Of a stretch of 64,000 nucleotides of DNA, positions 50,751-62,229 are shown piece after piece. Position 1 is the stretch's first letter, and every line of letters begins with the position of its first letter. The notes below the pieces were generated by a model. That model ran no database searches. It saw only the letters and a program-made list of their open reading frames with translations, and was not told where the DNA came from. The position numbers were made by a program, and so were the translations under genes. This DNA is from Okamejei kenojei (lineage: Eukaryota), in NCBI GenBank assembly GCA_035221665.1, contig CM069134.1, forward strand, positions 69,688,001-69,752,000, written 5' to 3'.

Positions 50751-53700
50751 AATAGTAAGATTAAATGAGAACTTACCAGTTTGAAGTTTGATCTTTATTT
50801 TATGAGGAGTTACGATGAGGGATTACGTGAAGACCCCGCCAGCACGCATGCGCGACATTCTTCAAAGCAGTGGTGTGAAATCACAGATACCAGAGTAGAC
50901 TAATATAGTAAGATAAGAAAGAACTTCCATACCAGTTGAACTTTATAATAGAGGGTTTTGGGAGCGGAGGGCACGTAATCCCTCATCGTAACTCCTCATA
51001 AAATAAAGATCAAACTTCAAACTGGTAAGTTCTCATTTAATCTTACTATTTTACTTTGGAGTCACGTGAGTGACTACGTGAAGATTTCAAAGCTCTGTGA
51101 TTTCATGCCCTGGAACGAGACCATGCTCACACACTGCCATTCTGGGACGGAGGATGAACGTATTTCACACACGACACTGTGCTGAAAAACAATAAAGGTA
51201 TTATTCATACCTAAAATAATATGCCCCACATTGGGTAATTTATTTTACAGAACTTAATTTTTCCCTGCAAATGTCTCAGGATCGGCCACGGGTTTATTAT
51301 AAAGCATTGAATGCGTTCATTGCTCCACCCCGCTGTGGCAAGGATGTGATCCATAGGAACTCCCATCATCCTAGCGTCCGATGTAGATGCAGCCCTGTTG
51401 GAGTGAGATTTGAAACATTAGTATTCACCACTGCACGTAATACCACCCAAACCATCTGGATATGGTTTGCACTGTGACCTTAGGTGAGGGCATTTATGGC
51501 TAATGAGAAAGCTCTCTCCGTGCCCATAAGTGTCTTGGTGACTATATATTGGAAAATATGTGTCACTATGCAGGGCCGACTATCTGCAGGATAGGCCAGA
51601 ACTCTAATATTGGCCAAAGGAACCGGGTCAGTCTTGCTTAAGTACCCCTGTATGTAGCAGGTTATCTGCCATTTGTGACAGACATGACGTCCTATTCTAG
51701 CTTGTGTAAGGACTGGACCCGTTGTGCTGATCCAAGTGCCATAATCATTCCCATCTAGGATATTAGTTTGTCCAGAGTGAGCCCCGATATTGGTGTCCAT
51801 CCTCGTAACATGGTGTACTACCTATGTCCCATATATGGGTGTATCTGGGCCTGGGGGGGAATAGAGTACAAATACCCCTCATTCGTTTAGGTACTAGTGG
51901 GTGTGATCCTATAGCCAGGTGATCACTCCCTCTGCCCAGATATTAGATAGGGCACTCCTTGCACAATAATGGCACTGTAACTCAATCCTTCATCGAAATG
52001 AAGGGTGGCCAGAACTCCAGCACTTCAGTGTTGGTGGCTGAGTCATATGTAGTGTTCGTCCTGGTGCAGAACACTTCCCATTTCCTGACATATGTCAGGT
52101 ACTGTCTTCTCGTGGACTCCCTGCACGACGCTGAGATGGCATTGATCGTCCTGTCGGAGAGTCCGTATCCCAGAAATGGCCTGTTCAGAAACTGCAAATC
52201 AACAAGTTCATACAGTCATGGCACGGATACTTTCCCGCACGGGGTGTGCCAACCTCCTTGGCCGTTGTTGATCCAGATGCAGGGTTCTGAGACCATCTTT
52301 GTACTGTTGGGAACCATGGTACCCGTTGCGGCATCTTGTTTAATTATTGTAAGACTCGCCTGATGAGGCAGAAGGGGAAAATGCATAGCAAAACAAATCG
52401 CCCCCCCCCCCCCCCCCAATGCAGCGAGAAATCGTCCATCGCTGCTGCCCCTGGGTCTAGTTCCCAAGCAACATATGTTGGTAGTTGGTGAATTAGTCTG
52501 GATGGAAAAAAGGTCGATATCTGGTGTCCCATACCGGTCTATAATATCTGTAAACACTTTCCGATCCAACATCCATTTAATGTTGTCGTTGAATTTACGT
52601 GACCTGGTGTCTGCCACTGTGTTTAGCTTACCTGGAAGGTAAGTGGTTGAGATCCAAATCTCTCTCCCAGACACCAGTGCCAGATATTATTAGGCAATTC
52701 ATCACATGATATCGACTTTATTTCACCCATATGATTATATATAGGCCCCCAGTGTGGTATCAATTTGTACCGTACATGCAACTGGTGCTCATCTGAGCAG
52801 TAGGCCCTGAGTCCATGAAACGCTCCCAGCATTTCTAGATAATTAATTCCTAGTGCTTTAAACAGAATAATTTTTGTGCACTCATCTGCCACCACAACTT
52901 GCGGTGGTATTAGTTGCTCCCCAATCTTTAGCACTGGCATCAGTCTGTAATGTACCCTAGGGATATAGAATGGGGTGATGGGGTTAGGATAATATTGAAC
53001 ATTTCTATCCACCAGTTTAATTCTAATTTACTTTCCCTGGTAGTTGCATAGGCCTATTGAAATGGCCTGCATGATTTTTGAGAGCTAAAATTTCCCTCTT
53101 CCAGGTTTTAATAATGGAGTGGTCCAATTGTGCTGCTGGGAACACAGCCACCAATTTCCCAATCACTCTTGCTCCTTGCCGAATGGATGGTTCCCTGATG
53201 CCAGTGAGACTTTTGCATACTCCCATCAAGTCTGTCACTTTGTTTGGTGGCAAGGTGATAGACATATGAACAGAGTCAATAGTGAACCCCAGATAATCCA
53301 TGGTAGTGGAGGGTTCCAATTTTGATTTATCTGGATGTACGTTAAATCTCTGTGTTGTGGCTGATACCACCAATGTAGCCAGCTCCAATTTTCACCTACA
53401 ATGAGAATATCATCAAGGTAAGCCATGACGATATGGTTATGTTTCTTTAAGTATGCTAAAGCTGGTTTTAATAAATTTGTAATAGCCTGGGTGCTGATGA
53501 CAACCCATTGGATAAGGCATACTGCCATAGCTGTCCCATCCAGATAAATTTCAGGTATTTACGATGACCCTGTGTGTGACAACCGTGTCTATTTTGAAAT
53601 GGGCATACTGAACGGAAGTATTTAGTTTGGTCAAATCTGTAATGATACGGCAACCACCATCTTTTTAGTTTTTTATAAATATATTTGATACGAACTCTTG

Positions 53701-55373
53701 AAATTCTCTGATTGTTTTCTCAATCCCTTTTGTGTTTAGTCTTAACAGTTCAGCATGGCCTGCTGTTCTCTCTTTTTGTGAAGTATGAACTTCCTGCTAG
53801 GCGTATGCTGAACTGGGACGGTAGTTCGTATACAAATTCAATTTTGTAATTCTGAATACTTCCGATTATGTAAAAGTTCAGAGGTAAAAGTGCAGCACAC
53901 ATGATGAAACAAGTGCAACCGTCCCCCAACTTTTGATGAATCGGACATACAATGTTTTTTAAGACAACCAGACCCACCTACCTCCATGGTTACCGGTGTT
54001 GTGTGGGTTGTCTCCGCAGTTGTTTCTTCTGGTATTGTGTTGCTGCGTTGTGGGGTTGGCGCATTTTCCATGAAGGCCGGGCTGGGCCATGGTCTGAAAG
54101 ACCGCTGTGCAGGTGGGCCGGCCTTCGAGCTTTCACCACCAGATGGTCTTCCATAGCACCGATGTCTGGTGGGTGTGTAGGGGTGCTGCCACTGTTGATA
54201 GTGGGTTTTAGAGGTGCTTGGCACCTTGATCAGGCCTATAGCCTTGGCTTCCTCATGCAGGTCTTTCACCTGCTTCAGGAGGTCCCCCAACAGCAATTTT
54301 GGCGCCTGTGTGCTACTTGTCTTGCATAATTCCGCACTTCTTGATGATGCTCTTCCTGTAACTGTTAATCTCCACTGAGTATTACACAGTCTGCTAGAGC
54401 ATCTAGTAACTCTTCAGGCAAATCAACCCCATCAGTTGTCCTGGTACTGCTGTGATTTTAGCAGCCAGCAGTTTCCTCTGGAGCTTCCCCTCCTGGCTCC
54501 TTATAGATGGGCTCCTGTTGCCCCAGATGGGGTCATAGACTGCTGGTACTTTAAGAGAAATGGAGTTCTCTGGAGCAATGTACTTCCCAGCCATAAAGTT
54601 AATGGCTTGCTCCTGTAGCTGTTTTCGTAGCCATGTATTTTATACTGGCTTGCAGCTTTGTATAGGCAGTCCTTCTTGAGTTGATACAGCATGTGTCCCA
54701 CAAATCTTCTGCTGCTCTCTCTTCTGGCACCCCTCACAGTTGACTGTTCAGCCATTGCCCCTTCTTCAGGGTCAGCCCAGCTCTGACCCCTAATGCTCCC
54801 CTGCGAAGAGGGTGAGACATTTGGCAGTCCTTGAAAGGATGCTGCCGTGGGTCTGCGAGGAGACCCACTGTGACTCTGCCCCTGCATAAGCAGGTCACGC
54901 TGGAGCACTGCTCCCCATCCGCTCCCGCGGGAAAGGCGCCCGCCGTCCCTATCCGTGAACGGGGTGTCTTCAGGTCCGAACCCAGCCGAGTCAACGGACC
55001 TGTCCGACTTCCGGGTGGTTTTGCCGCCGACCGCGGCGCACCTGCGGTCTGTAGCGGCGAGAAGCCGGCAGCTGCTGGCAGCACCTGCAGCTCTGGAGAG
55101 ACGGCACGCTGCTGGCTGCTTCCACAGCAGCGGTATCAGCTGCTGCTCTCCCTTGCACGACTCCATGGTGCTTCCTCCGTTCTGAAAAAGAAACACACCG
55201 AGTCGCCACGCTCACCAGAAAAGGTAAGACTTACCTTCAGTAATTTTTCAAAACTCGCGCTGGAGGAGCGGCGCTCCTCCCGACTGTCGCTTCCGCAATG
55301 CGTTCGACGATATGTCGCGCATGCGTGCTGGCGGGGTCTTCACGTAGTCACTCACGTGACTCCGAAGTAAAAT
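50751..55373 (-). mobile_element. DIRS1-like retrotransposon (copy 3)
   Basis: Left terminus 55373-55310 is matched by the ICR (51050-51085) and by an inverted copy at 50825-50857. RT YLDD; RH INYLEMLGA; MT GTPDIDLF; YR STRRQY. Confidence 0.95.
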
Positions 55374-55410
55374 TGAATGTGTAATGCATTGATATTAATG
55401 TTTATCGCAC

Positions 55411-55725
55411 TTTAGTTTTAGTTTTTAGTTTTAGATGCAGCGAGGAAACTAGTCCTTCAGCACATCGAGTCCGCACCAACCAGCGATCCACACACATTAA
55501 CATTATTCTACACAGACCAGGGACAATTTTTTACATTTGCACCAATTAACCTACAAACCTGCACATCTTTGGTGTATGGAGGGAAACCAAAGATCTTAGA
55601 GAAAACCCATGCAGGTCACGGGGAGAACATACAATCTCCATTCAGACAGCAACCGTAGTCAGAATCGATTCCGGGTCTCTGGCACCGTGAGGAAGTAGTT
55701 CTACCACTACCCCACCATGTCGCCA
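55411..55725 (-). mobile_element. tRNA-derived SINE
   Basis: Same family as 14118-14403. Confidence 0.82.
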
Positions 55726-57134
55726 CATGAAACAATGTGCAGCGCTCCTCTGAACATCATATTTTCTCTAGAGTTAACTGGGCAGTAACTATTTTAATCT
55801 AATGTGCATTTTACTGGATCGAAGTCTTAATGACAGATTATTTACTGGAAACTCCATTTTACTACATCATAGCAGTCTAAGCTGATTCCTTCAAAAATAT
55901 TGCAATGAATGATGTTTCAACAATTTGTTCTTTAAGGAGGCATCACAGTAACCATTGCTACTACCAGCTGCTGTCTCTGGCTCACTTGTAGAATTCTCAC
56001 ATCAAATTGTCAGGCAAGGGGAAATTGAACAGTGCTCTGTACTATTTCTTACTGACTTACTACTTATCAGTTTCACAAACATAATATTTTATAATATTTT
56101 CTGCGTCACGTGCAAATTGACCCCAGATCAATAGTTCACACAAAGGAAAAAATAGTGCTGAATATTCTCAGTATTTATAGTGCAATAGTTCTAGAGCTGA
56201 TGCCCATTGTTTGCAATGAGATAGAGGGGGATCAGACCGTACCCAAGCTTGTGTATAGAAGGACCATTCAGAAGCTTGATAACAGAGGAATATAAGCTGT
56301 TCCTGATTTTATTGAGGCAACAGCACAAACTTTCAAGAGTACCTTCTTTCAAGATATTTTCACTGATAGTTGTGAATGGGTGGAAAAAAGAACAATCAGA
56401 ATTTCCAAATTAATGGAATAGGATCTCAATAGTCTCCTATTCTTGCAGTACTAAATTGTATTGAAGAAATATTTAAGTGGCAGAATTATTTAATAATATT
56501 TAACCAAAACAAGGCTGTTTATGAAGGTCATCATGTGAAAAGGTATAATATAATTAAGATTCTAAGTGGGCCACAGTGTCAAAGCCGCCACAGCCAGACA
56601 TAAAAACAGCTTCTTTCCATGAGCAGTCGCTCTACTCAACAGTCAAAAGTCTGTAGCCCCCTTTTGCTCTGGTATTTTATTTCAGTCTTCACATGGTTAA
56701 GTTATAATATTTTATTCTTAATTGTTTACTGTATATCGTGTTGTTACATGATTTGTAAACATGATAACATCTATGTAATAAAAGTCTCATCTTGACCACC
56801 TTTTGGCCGTCTTACTCACAGTCCTCCTCCGCTGATGCAGCCCCGAGGAATTTTCCGATCGATGAAAAATAAAAAAAGTAATGAGTATTTAAAAAATCTT
56901 ATTGGTTATTGGTCCTCTTGCCCGTCAATCACCACGATGAAGGTAACGCCCCTTCCGGGGGGGGGACTACAAAACCTCGGATGCCTGGACGTGAGTCAAT
57001 CACTCTGGAAGATCGTGAGGGAGAGTCCACAAATGTGATTCTAAACTGTGAATCAACTGAGCTGTGGGTCTGCAATGTACTTGCAATAAATGATTTGTTA
57101 GCCCTTAATGACAATGCAATGAATTGTTTGGCAA

Positions 57135-57775
57135 TTTGGTGGCCTGAACTGTGCTTGAAATGCTATGATATTTAATTTGGTGGCCTGCACTCTGCCTGAG
57201 ATGCTATGAAATTTAGTTTGGTGGCCTGCGCTCTGCCTGGAATGCTTTGAAATTGAGTTTGGTGGCCTGCACTCTACCTGAGATGCTATGAAATTTAGTT
57301 AGGTGGCCTGTGCTCTGCCTGGAATGCTATGAAATTGAGTTTGGTGGCCTGCGCTCTGCCTGAAATGCTATGAAATTGAGTTTGGTGGACTTTGCTCTGC
57401 CTGAAATGCTATGAAATTGAGTTCAGTGGCCTGCGCTCAGCCTGAAATGCTATGAAATTGAGTTTAGTGGCCTGCACTCTGCCTGAAATGCTATGAAATT
57501 TAGTTTGGTGGCCTGCGCTCTGCCTGATATGCTATGAAATTGAGTTTGGTGGCCGGCGCTCTGCCTGAAATGCTATGAAATTGAGTTTGGTGGCCTGCGC
57601 TCTGCCGGAAATGCTATGAAATTGAGTTTGGATGCCTGCACTCTGCCTGAAATGCTATGAAATTGAATTTGGTGGCCTGCGCTCTGCCGGAAATGCTGTG
57701 AAATTGAGTTTGGTGGCCTGCACTGCTTGAAATGCTATGAAATTGAGTTTGGTGGCTTGCACTCTGCGTGAAATG
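57135..57775. repeat. 41-bp minisatellite, about 15 copies
   Basis: Unit tgaaatgctatgaaattgagtttggtggcctgcgctctgcc. Confidence 0.95.
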
Positions 57776-57799
57776 GAATTTCAAGGAATTGCTGTGAAC

Positions 57800-58020
57800 T
57801 GCCAGCCCACCAGCCTTGAGAGACTGATCGGCCAGCCCACCAGCCCTGAGTGACTGAGCTGCCAGCCCACCAACCCTGAGTGACTGAGCTGCCAGCCCAC
57901 CAGCCCTGAGTGACTGAGCTGCCAGCCCACCAGCCCTTAGTGACTGATCTGCCAGCCCATCAGGCCTGAGTGACTGAGCTGCCAGCTCACAAGTCCTGAG
58001 TGAATGAGCTGCCAGCCCAA
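57800..58020. repeat. 30-bp minisatellite, about 7 copies
   Basis: Unit gccagcccaccagccctgagtgactgagct. Confidence 0.95.
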
Positions 58021-59489
58021 GAGTCCATTCAGCCCACAATGTCCATACTAGCCCTCTGGAAACCAGTCCCTTCAGCCCACAACACCCATAATAGTGCTCC
58101 AGATACCCCCCCCACCCCCCCCCCCCCCCCCCCCCCCCCCCCACTGGGCACCAATTTTTGGAATTGGTGGAGAGGTGGAATATTGCATTGGGGGACCAGC
58201 ACTCCAGTGTGAACATGGAACCCAATGGGTCCCACTTAGTCTAGTATTATTTTAAAGTCAAAGTAAAGGTTATTTTAACATGAATAACCCAAATTAAAAA
58301 AATAAAAAATGATGTCATATATCAAATTAAAAAAAAAGATAAACAGTTGCAAACTATTATACATTTTCACACAATGAGCATTAAAGAGAAAATCATAGAA
58401 GGAAAACCACTTTTCATCCTGCAATACACTTACAACATGCAAAATAAATTAAATCGGAGGCAATTAAAAACTTATTCTTCAACACAATTGTAGCCACATT
58501 ACTGAGAGTTGAAGTATTCTATTGTGGAAGAGAAGGAAGCATTTTATTTGTTTTGCACAATATAACTTTGGCTTAACGTTCACTTTGTGTGTGCAGATAT
58601 TTTATTGGTGCCTACCCTTCAATACAGACAATTGTGATTTTTTTTTTCAAAAAATAGCAAAGTATCACACTCCACAAACTACTTTCCAATGCAAAGTCAT
58701 TAATAGGTAATCCAAAAATCAAATAGCATTAATGCAAATACTATTTTGCCACCTCTGGCTCTTTGTTTCTTATATCTGGATAATCCTAGATTTAGAATCA
58801 ACCACAGAGATTTGCAACCTAACCAAGGCTACTTCTGCAGTTTTATACCAAAGGAATATGCCATTACAGGATAATTCATCATACATAAACTCTTCAGCTG
58901 CGAGCAGAATGATTGAGTTCCTTCAGTCGCATTATCAAGGATGCTGGTTGATATTATGGGCATTTCCTGCTTTTTCTCTCTAGCTGTAGGTTTCTGCAAC
59001 ACCTTGACCTGCATTTTATAATTCTAACAATCTACTTTTTTCCCTCTCTCAATGCACTCGTTAATCTAATAATCTGTTGGCTCTATAAATATTGGGTGAG
59101 GGCAAGATTGCCTCGAGAATCACAATCAGACATTCCTTTTATCCTATCCATTTCTCCCACCAAAGCTACCTTAACATTTGAGTTGTCTGGTATTTTATAT
59201 TATCATTTTAGATGTGCAGCATCTGTGGTATACAATACTTTTTTATTTAAAAGCATATTATCGGTTTAATTATTAACTACTGTTTCTGGCTTCTTGCTGC
59301 TAATCATTTGGCAACAACAATACGCATTTGAGACAACTTCAGTTGAAAATTTTACAATTATGAGCAACACCAAGTAACTGCAATGATTTTCTTTCCTCAG
59401 ACAGCAAAAGATGTCATATGCATTATTGTATGAGAGATATTATTATATACTTAAAATAGACAATAGACAATAGGTGGAGGAATAAGGTG

Positions 59490-60496
59490 TGAGGGAAGGA
59501 GGGGTGTGGGGTGAGAGGGGAGGAACGGTGTATGTGGGTGGGAGGGGGAGGAGGTATGTGGGAAGGGGGAGGAGGTATGTGTGGGGGAGGGTGTGTGTGT
59601 GGGCGGGGGTATGTGTGTGTGTGTTGGAGGGTGTGGGTGTGGACGGGGGGTTGGTGGGGGGAGGGAGAGTTGTGGGGTGAGAGGGGTGTGTGGACGGGGC
59701 GGGGGTGAGGGGAGTGAGCTCGGAGAAAAGACGGGGAAGAGCCATGGGGGAGAGGGGGGTATCACAGGGGAGAGGGTGAGGAGCCAGCAAGGGGAACCAG
59801 AGGGGTATTGGCTGGATTTGGCAGTGCGATGGGGACTCACAGCGGGCAATCTTCGCTGGTCGTTCTCCTCCACCGGGATCAGAGTCTCCACTTTCCATTT
59901 GGCGACATTGACGACATCTCCAACTCCGGGCTGGGCTGGGTCACCAACACTGGGCTGGGTCTATGACGCTGGGCTGGGCTGGTTCTCTGACTCTGGGCTG
60001 GGCTAGGTCTCGCATGCTGGGCTGGGCTGAGCAGGATCTCCGACATTGGGCTGGGTCTCCTGGGCTGGTTCTCCAATGTTGGGTCTCTGATGCTAGGGCT
60101 GCATGGGGCTGGGCTGCTTCGGGACCGAGATGCTTCGTGTCCCTCCGAAAGTTTATGTCCGGTTGGAAACCTCCACCGGCCATCCTCAGCTCCAGTAAAG
60201 ACATGATGGTGCAGGAAGGGGCGGACTTTTCCGGTGAGTGAGAGGGAAGAGACTAATCTGCGCAGTTCTGAATGGCAGGAGATCGATCTGCGCATGCGCG
60301 TTTTTAAAGATGTTTTAAATCTCGCTAACTTTTATGCCATTCAACTGATCGGAACAAAACTTGGTGCAATTGCAGCCTAGGAGAACGGTGAGTGCACTGG
60401 CGAAAAATCATAGCGCTATTGCGAACCGTTTGTGTGCAAATAGAAAGACCGCACAAACCGGAAGATAACAAGATCAGAGTTTTAGTTAAGTATGGA
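59490..60496 (-). mobile_element. Non-autonomous Helitron-like element (copy C), 3' end missing
   Basis: Minus strand begins tccatacttaactaaaaactctgatc and shares caagttttgttccgatc-like and ctcacc.ttctcct blocks with copy A; purine/pyrimidine-skewed tract. Confidence 0.55.
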
Positions 60497-60545
60497 GACA
60501 GACAGACAGACATACAGACAGACAGATAGAGATAGATAGAGTATA

Positions 60546-60852
60546 CAGCACAGTGGCACAGCGGTAGACTTGCTGCCTTACAGCGCCAGAAACGAGCGTT
60601 CAATCCTAACTACAGGTGCTTGTCTGTATGGAGTATGTACGTTCTCTCTGTGATCTGCGTGGGTTTTCTCCAGGATCTCTGGTTTCCTCCACACTCCAAA
60701 GATGTACAGGTTTATAGGTTAATGGCGTGGTATAATTGCAAAAATTGTTCTAGTGTGTGTAGGATAGTGTTAGTGTGCTGGTCGGTGTGGACCAGGTGTG
60801 TCGACAGGCCTGTTCCCGCGCTGTATCTCTAATCCGAAAACTAAACTAAACT
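60546..60852 (+). mobile_element. tRNA-derived SINE
   Basis: cacagtggcacagcggtag head; (aaact)n tail. Confidence 0.85.
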
Positions 60853-61397
60853 TAAGCATGGAAATAGGCCTTTGGCCCAACTTGTCCATGTCAACTAACA
60901 TGCCCACTTTTGCTGGCCCACTCTGCCCATATTTGACCCATATCACTCTGAACCTTTCCTATCCAGTTACCTGTCCAAATGCCCTTTAAATGTTGTTTTA
61001 TACCTGCTCAACCACCTCCTCTGGCAGCTCATTCCATATACCCACAACCTTCTGTGTACAAAGTTGCTCCTAAGGCTCGTATTAAATGTGTTCCCTCTGA
61101 TATTAAATCTAGATATGATACCTTATATATGATAGTAGCGTTTAAGAGGCTTTTAGCTAGACACACGGAAGTGCAAGAAATGGACGGGTATGGATCATGT
61201 GCAGGCATATGAGATTGGTTTAACTTTGCATCATTTTTTGTATAAATGGGGAGTATAATAGAACAGAGGGATCCACAAGTAAAGGAGCTTAATTATCTGG
61301 AAGTGTCATAGGTGAACAGTGCTGAAGAAGGCTATGACCATGCTGGCCTTCAGCAATTAGGACATTGCATACAGATGTGGGAACATTATGTTACAGT

Positions 61398-62190
61398 TAG
61401 ACAAAAATCTGGAGAAACTCAGCGGGTGAAGCAGCATCTATGGAGAAAAGGAATAGGCGAGTTGAGATCCTTCTTCGGGTTGAGATTCTTCTTCAGACTG
61501 ATGTCGGGTGAGGGATGGGAAAAATAAAAGAAGAGGTGGAGACAGTAGGCTTGTGGAAGAGCTGGGAAGGGGGAGGGGAAGGAGGGAGAAAGCAAGGACT
61601 ATCTGAAATTGGAGGAGTCAATGTTCATAGCGCTGGGGTGTAAACTACCGAAGCGAAATATGAGGTGCTGTTACTCCAATTTGCACTGGGCCTCACTCTG
61701 GCAATGGAGAAGGCACAGGACAGAAAGGACGGATTTGGAATAGGAGGGGGAGTTGAAGTGTTGAGCCACTGGAAGATCAGGTTTGTTATTGCGAACTGAG
61801 CGGAGTTGTTGGGCGAAGCTTGGTCTTGCCGATGTAGAGAAGTTGACACCTGGAACAGCGGATGCAGCAGATGAGTTTGGAGGAGGTGCAGGTGAACCTC
61901 TGCCTCACCTGGAAAGACTGCTTGGGTCCTTGGATGGAGTCGAGGGGGGGAGATAATGCGACAAGTGTGTCATTTCCTGCATTTGCAAGGAAACGTACCC
62001 AGGGAGGGGGTGGTTTGGGTGGGAAGGCACAAATTGACCAGGGAGGCAAAGGGCTCTGCAGAAAGCAGAAAGGGGAGGAGATAAGAAGATGTGGCCAGTG
62101 GTGTGATCCAGTTGGAGGTGGCGAAAAAGTCGGAGGATTATATGCTGTATGCGACGGCTGATAGGGTGGAAGGTGAGGACAAGGTGCACT
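61398..62190 (-). mobile_element. Penelope-like element 3' part (GIY-YIG)
   Basis: IQGPKQSFQVRQRFTCTSSKLICCIRCSRCQLLYIGKTK; terminal hammerhead remnant at about 61470-61497. Confidence 0.88.
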
Positions 62191-62229
62191 ATAATGGCAG
62201 CTTTTTAAAGCATCCCAAAGTTCAACCTT

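Larger units (their letters stand above)
56770..58244 (+). mobile_element. Non-autonomous Helitron (copy B) with minisatellite cargo
   Basis: A|TC 5' end; subterminal hairpin ggaacccaatgggtccc, then CTAG|T at 58241-58245; no TSD. Confidence 0.8.

Noticed and set aside
57135-58020. Regular repeats resembling a CRISPR array or a repeat protein (GLAAQSLRAG, ORF 57614-58225)
   Set aside because: The units are contiguous with no unique spacers, there are no cas genes, and the context is eukaryotic. The ORF is a by-product of a 30-bp unit.
59925-60115. GGGCT pentamers resembling an immunoglobulin switch region
   Set aside because: The tract is under 200 bp, lies inside a Helitron-like repeat, and has no Ig exons nearby.
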